Shown here one piece after another: positions 59,256-64,000 of a stretch of DNA of 64,000 bases. Position 1 is the first letter of the stretch, and every line of letters starts with the position of its first letter. Source of the DNA: an uncultured Actinomycetota bacterium (lineage in GTDB: Bacteria; Actinomycetota; Actinomycetes; Streptosporangiales; Streptosporangiaceae); assembly GCA_963817625.1 (NCBI GenBank), contig CAWFPK010000020.1:40185-104184 (forward strand). Direction: 5' to 3'. Made by a program: the position numbers and the translations under genes. Under the pieces are notes generated by a model. The model searched no databases. It was not told the DNA's origin and saw nothing but the letters and a program-made list of their open reading frames with translations.

Positions 59256-62200
59256 TTAGTGTGCGTCAATCATGGCGGTGATGGTGCCCGAGTGCACCTG
59301 CACCGGCGTTGCCGCGGCCTGCGTCGCGGCACCATCGAACCACTGGGTGTGGTACGAACTCACGCCGCAGCCAGCACTGAACTCGACGGTGTAATGGCCA
59401 GGCGTCAGGCCGTCGAGCTGGTAACTGCCGTTGGCGGCGGTCGGCGCGAGCACCGGCAGGCCGCCGCCCGCAGGAAAGGCGATCGCGCAGACCTGCGCAG
59501 TCGGCGTGCCCGACACCTCGACGGTGCCGGAGATCCCGCCGTCGGCCGCCAAGGTAGCGTCGACTCCCGTACTGACGGCGCCGGCGGCCACCCGGACGAC
59601 ATCAGCCTTGGCCTTGGCCGATTGCCCGTTGAACCACTGCGGCGCAAAGCCGCCGACGCCGACTGGGCAGTTGCCGGTGAACTCAATCCGGTACTTGCCC
59701 GGTGCCAGGCCGACGATCTGATATTGGCCCCACGCCCCGGTTCGCCCAAGTCCCTGCAGGCCAGAGCCTGTGGCTGGAACAGCTTCAGCGCAGATGGCCG
59801 GCGCGTGCCGCACTGGATCGCCGCCGTCCACGGTGCCGGTGATCATGCCCGCCTTAGGCAAGGTCAAGTTGGCGATCACCGGCTTCGCCGCGGTCACCGT
59901 GATCGGTACCTGCTCGCTCGCGAGCGGCGAAGACCGCAAGCACGAGAAGAAGGCCAACTCGTAATGCCCGGGCAGCAAATGCTTGATCAGGAACCTGCCG
60001 TTGCCGTGGGTGGACACGAGCCGCTGTAGGTCTCCTGACGAATCGAGTGCGCCGACGCACTCGACTGCGACCGGCCGTTTGGTAATGCCCGAGCTGACCT
60101 GTCCGGACACCTGCTGACCAGCCGACATCACCGGGTCGATCCCGGTGACGGCATGCCCGCTGGTGACCGTGATCGTGGTCGCCGACCGCTGGTCGCCAGC
60201 GTGCTTGTACCAGGTGGTCGCGTACGCTTGGCCGTTGCACGGGAGGAACTCGACCCGGTACTGCCCAGCGGCCAGGCCCCTGATCAGGTAATGACCGTTC
60301 AGGCTTGAGCCGCCGCCGGTCAGCGCGGCGATCAGGGGGCCGCCGCGCGGCACCTGGCCATTCAGCCCGAGCGGTACGGCGCAGATGCCGCGCAGCGGTG
60401 CGCCGGTGGTCGACCTGATCACGCCGGTGATCGATCCGGCCGGTAGCATCCTGGCACTAGCCTCGATCGGCTCACCTGCGCCCACCGACACCCAGGCCGG
60501 GCCGCCAGTGGTGGAGCCTGGCTGGAACCATTGCGCCGCGTAGTTACGGCTGGCTTTGCTGCAGCCGGCGAACGAAATGCCGTACTGACCCGGTGACAAA
60601 TTGGCGATTCGGTACCTGCCGGTCGGACCTGATAGGCCGGCGGCTACGCCAGGTACCACGCCGAGACCGTCGAGCAGCAGGCCGATCGGCGTCTGGCCAG
60701 CGCCGGCGAAGGACTGCGGCGTGGTCGCCGAGACGCAGATGCGGGGTAGCGCCGAGCCCGACTGGCTCGTGACCTTGCCGGTGATCGTGGCACCAGGCTG
60801 CAGGGCCGCGTCGATGCCGGTGAGGGACGTTCCCGCGGCGACGGTCACGCTCGTTGGCACGATCTGCTGGTCGTCGTAGAACTGCGGAGCGTAGCTGCCC
60901 TTATTGCCGCAGCCCCCAGTGAACTGGACTTGATAGCGCCCGGCGGGCAACCCAGGAACGGTGTACTTGCCCTCGCTATTGGTCGCGGATTGGCTGCCGA
61001 CGTTAGCGCCATCGGCGACGACGCAGATTCCGGCGATCGGTGCCGCGCTGGTGTCGGTGACCGTACCGGAGATCGATGAGGCCAGTGCTAGTACGACGTT
61101 CAGCCTGGTGGTCTGGCCGGCCTTCACGGCGAGTTGGTGCGGATAGGTCTCGCCGAGATAGTCGCCCGAGTTGCCGCCGCAGGGCTGGAAGTAAAGCGCG
61201 TATTTGCCGCTGGGCACACCGGTGAGGGTGAAGCTCCCATGTTTGTCTGAGGTGCCGTGCGCCGGCTCGAGGATCTGGGCGCCGCCCGCGGCCGGTACGA
61301 CGAGAAACGCAGACCTTGCTTAGCTCGGGACCATGGCTGCTGCCGCCCCTGATCGTGCCGGCGATGATGGCGCCAGGGCCGAGCTTGCCGTCAATCCCGG
61401 TGACGCTGTGCTGGCCCAGGTGCAAGACGGTTGCCTTGCCGAAGGTAGTGACGCCCTTCCACCACTGCGGCGCGTAGTTAGCCTTGCTGGCACACCCGTT
61501 GGTGAAGGCGACCCGGTACTTGCCTGGCCGCAAGCTACCGGCCGGGAAGCGGTAGCTCCCGTCGCGCGATGTCCCGATGCCCTCGCCGCTCTCGCTGTCG
61601 GCGGTGCGGTTAATCACGAAGGCGCACATGCCGGCGAGTGGATGCCCAGAGGCCGAGCGCACCACGCCGGAAAGCTCTGGGCGCTGCCCGCTCCTGGCAT
61701 CGGCCGTAGCCAGGCGGCGCAGTCTCGCGCTGGTTGCCAGGCTGATGGTCATCTGGCTGGTCGGCACCAGCGTGACGGGCCGCAGGATGGTCGGCTTGCC
61801 TGGTGTGATCAGCACGACCGTGCCGCCGGCCAGGGTCGTGGTGCCGCCGTAGAACTGGTCGAAGTAGCTGGCAGGCCGACGGCAGTCGCTGTACCTGAGC
61901 CGATATCGACCGGGCCGCAGGCCAGTGATCAAGTACCGGCCGCCGGCCGAGGCAGTGGCCAATCGGCTGCCGCTTTGGCCACTGGCGACGACGCAGGCGC
62001 CGTCCAGTCCGCGCTGACCGGCGCCCAGGATCAGGCCAGTCACTGAGCCAGTCGCGTCGGCAAGGGGAGTGGCAACTCCTGCGGTCGGCGCAGCGATCGT
62101 GCTCGCCGCAGCCCGATGAGGCGCGACTCCTACCAGCGAGGCAGCGACGATGGCAGTAGCTGCGAGCGCGGTGCCGCGCCGCGCGACTGCCTGGGCTGTC

Positions 62201-62289
62201 AGCCCAAATGGATGATTCACAGCGACGACCCTAGACCTAATTGCCGTAATACCTGCGGTTGTCAAGAAAGCTCCACGCCTTCCCATCAC
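59256..62289 (-). pseudogene. large secreted protein with about 10 carboxypeptidase-regulatory-like (CarboxypepD_reg) repeats, one frameshift
   Basis: ORFs 61003..62289 and 59256..61217 join in a third frame (…KVCVS / VVPAAGGAQILEPAHGTSDKHGSFTLTGVPSGKY…) with one indel near 61299-61307. The repeated motif is G.Y.(I/L).GL.PG.Y.(V/I).F..C. Confidence 0.7.
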
Positions 62290-62411
62290 CGGCGGTTTTG
62301 TGATCGCGGCTACCTCGCCTTATCTCGCCAGTGACGCACTGCGCGGCGGGGTTGCAGGGGCGGGGGAGGCGGCGGCGGGGTAAATGCGTCGGCGGTGCGT
62401 GGGTGGTCGGG

Positions 62412-62500
62412 TACACTCGCTGGCATGCAATCGCTCTGCTCTTAACGGAATGCGTGGCGCCCGCGCGGGCGTCCGCCGGCAGATGCCCGTTTTGTCGTAA
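62412..62500 (+). promoter_or_regulatory. candidate leader of the ABC-F gene: -10-like TACACT, 6-codon uORF, GC hairpins + T-run
   Basis: TACACT lies at 62412-62417, with ATG 7 nt downstream. The uORF at 62425..62445 encodes MQSLCS*. The palindrome GCCCGCGCGGGC (62458-62469) and the pair CGGGC...GCCCG are followed by TTTTG (about 62466-62495). Confidence 0.35.
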
Positions 62501-62538
62501 AGTTCCGTTTAGTAAAACTCTGGAGCGAGTGACTTCCG

Positions 62539-64000
62539 ATGATCTCCGTTCACGACGTTGAGTTGCGCGCTGGTGCGCGCCTCCTGATGGAGAACGTGTC
62601 GTTTCAAGTCGCCGGCGGCGACAAGATCGGCCTGGTGGGCAGGAATGGCGCGGGCAAGACGACCTTGCTGAAGGTGCTGGCCGGTGAGGGTCAGCAGGCG
62701 GCGGGCACCGTGCAGGCCGGCGGCACGATCGGCTACCTGCCGCAGGACACCAAGGTTGGTGACCTGAGCGTGCTGGCGACCGATCGGATCCTGCAGGCGC
62801 GCGGCCTGGATGAGGTGCTCGCCGGCCTGCGCAAGGCCGAGCTAGGCATGGCCGAGCTGGATCCGGCCAAGCGAGATAACGCGGTTCGTCGATACGGCCA
62901 GCTTGAAGAGCGGTTCACGGTACTCGGCGGGTACGCAGCCGAGGCGGAGGCTGCGGCGCTGGCTTCCAGCTTGGGCCTGCCGGCCAAGGTGCTCAAGCAG
63001 TCGCTCGGCACCTTGTCTGGCGGTCAGCGGCGCCGGGTGGAGTTGGCCAGGATCTTGTTCGGCGGGTCGAAGACGCTGCTGCTTGATGAGCCGACCAACC
63101 ACCTCGACGCGGATTCGGTCACCTGGCTCCGCGACCATCTGCGCACCTTCCGCGGCGGGCTGATCGTGATCAGCCACGACACCGACCTGCTCGCCGCCGT
63201 GGTCAACAAGGTGTTCCACTTGGACGCTGACCGCACTGTGATCGACATTTACAACGTCGGCTGGCAGGCGTACCTGGATCAACGGGAGACCGACGCGCGG
63301 CGGCGGCGGCGCGAGCGACTGAACGCGGAGCGGCAGGCGGCCGCGCTGAACGCGCAAGCCGACAAGATGCGGGCTAAGGCGACGAAGGCTAAGGCCGCGC
63401 AGAACATGGCCAAACGGGCGGAAAAGCTGCTGGCCGGAGTCAGTGCCGACCGGGCGGCCGATCGGGTCGCCAGGCTCCGTTTTCCTGAGCCAGCGCATTG
63501 CGGGAAGGTGCCGCTGACGGCTGAAGGACTGTCGAAGACCTATGGCTCGACCGAGGTCTTCACTGACGTCGATATGGCTGTCGACAAAGGCGCGCGCATT
63601 GTCGTGCTCGGTCTGAATGGCGCAGGAAAGACGACACTGCTGCGATTGCTGGCCGGTGTCGAGCTTCCTGATACCGGCGAGATCAAACCGGGGCACGGGC
63701 TGCGGATCGGCTACTACGCGCAGGAGCACGAGACCCTGGACAATGCCAGGACCGTGCTCGACAACATGCGGACGGCGGCACCCGAACTGACCGAGGCCGA
63801 TCAGCGCGGCATTCTCGGCTCGTTCCTGTTCTCAGGTGATGATGTCGCCAAGCCGGCCGGCGTGCTGTCCGGCGGCGAGAAAACTAGGCTGGCGCTGGCG
63901 TTGCTGGTGGTGTCGGGCGCGAACGTACTGCTGCTTGACGAGCCGACGAACAACCTCGACCCAGGTAGCCGAGCCGAAATCTTGTCCGCGTTGCGTCGCT
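62539..64000 (+). CDS. ABC-F family ATPase (translation factor / ribosome-protection type), 3' end outside the window
   Basis: Own translation from ATG 62539 gives MISVHDVELRAGARLLMENVSFQVAGGDKIGLVGRNGAGKTT...LSGGQRRR...LLLDEPTNHLD, an Arg/Lys/Ala-rich linker, then GLNGAGKTT...LSGGEKTR...LLLDEPTNNLD. No TM domain. It is absent from the ORF track because it runs off the edge. Confidence 0.88.
   Translation, partial: MISVHDVELRAGARLLMENVSFQVAGGDKIGLVGRNGAGKTTLLKVLAGEGQQAAGTVQAGGTIGYLPQDTKVGDLSVLATDRILQARGLDEVLAGLRKAELGMAELDPAKRDNAVRRYGQLEERFTVLGGYAAEAEAAALASSLGLPAKVLKQSLGTLSGGQRRRVELARILFGGSKTLLLDEPTNHLDADSVTWLRDHLRTFRGGLIVISHDTDLLAAVVNKVFHLDADRTVIDIYNVGWQAYLDQRETDARRRRRERLNAERQAAALNAQADKMRAKATKAKAAQNMAKRAEKLLAGVSADRAADRVARLRFPEPAHCGKVPLTAEGLSKTYGSTEVFTDVDMAVDKGARIVVLGLNGAGKTTLLRLLAGVELPDTGEIKPGHGLRIGYYAQEHETLDNARTVLDNMRTAAPELTEADQRGILGSFLFSGDDVAKPAGVLSGGEKTRLALALLVVSGANVLLLDEPTNNLDPGSRAEILSALRR

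Noticed and set aside
62331-62561. 76-aa plus-strand ORF upstream of the ABC-F gene.
   Set aside because: It is Arg/Gly-rich, overlaps the ABC-F start in another frame, and covers the leader region. That region is better explained by the short uORF and hairpins.

Overview
High-GC (roughly 70% by eye) actinobacterial chromosomal segment. The conserved backbone reads tkt - ctaA - EamA/ABC-2 exporter, then the suf Fe-S operon (sufR-sufB-sufD-Rieske-sufC-sufS-sufU-sufT) and an acVLRF1 peptidyl-tRNA hydrolase, and further on gnd, leuA and an ABC-F ATPase. Between these lie catabolic and transport modules: a GlnA-like gamma-glutamylation amine-catabolism cluster with a FadR-type regulator, a P450, a ureohydrolase/SDR/permease/PucR cluster, a PotABCD-like importer and a BVMO-esterase pair. 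Four things deserve a second look. (1) A ~5.6 kb low-GC island (31.9-37.6 kb) carries one five-gene operon: a truncated glutamyl-tRNA-reductase-like enzyme, a Pol-beta nucleotidyltransferase, a cupin, a CX5R phosphatase and a second full-length GluRS. I know of no described system with this gene set. (2) Two back-to-back, divergently oriented cobalamin riboswitches (40.6-40.96 kb) each drive a paralogous pair of secreted proteins (alpha/alpha-toroid plus DUF4430-like). The plus arm continues into an ECF transporter. Together this looks like a split, transcobalamin-like corrinoid capture system. (3) About 30 single-nucleotide indels, almost all +1 insertions, are confined to 24.9-30.0 kb and break every suf gene from sufR to sufS. 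A smaller patch sits in the ECF ATPase/S genes, and there are three isolated frameshifts. Sequence or assembly error is the most likely cause but needs checking. (4) Smaller signals: a DUF559-type gene bracketed by 31-bp hairpin repeats that duplicate the neighbour's 3' end, a C-run/G4-prone tract, a Leu-codon leader upstream of leuA, a leaderless-looking uORF upstream of the ABC-F gene, and several operator-like palindromes. No rRNA, tRNA, CRISPR array, transposase or integrase was seen.
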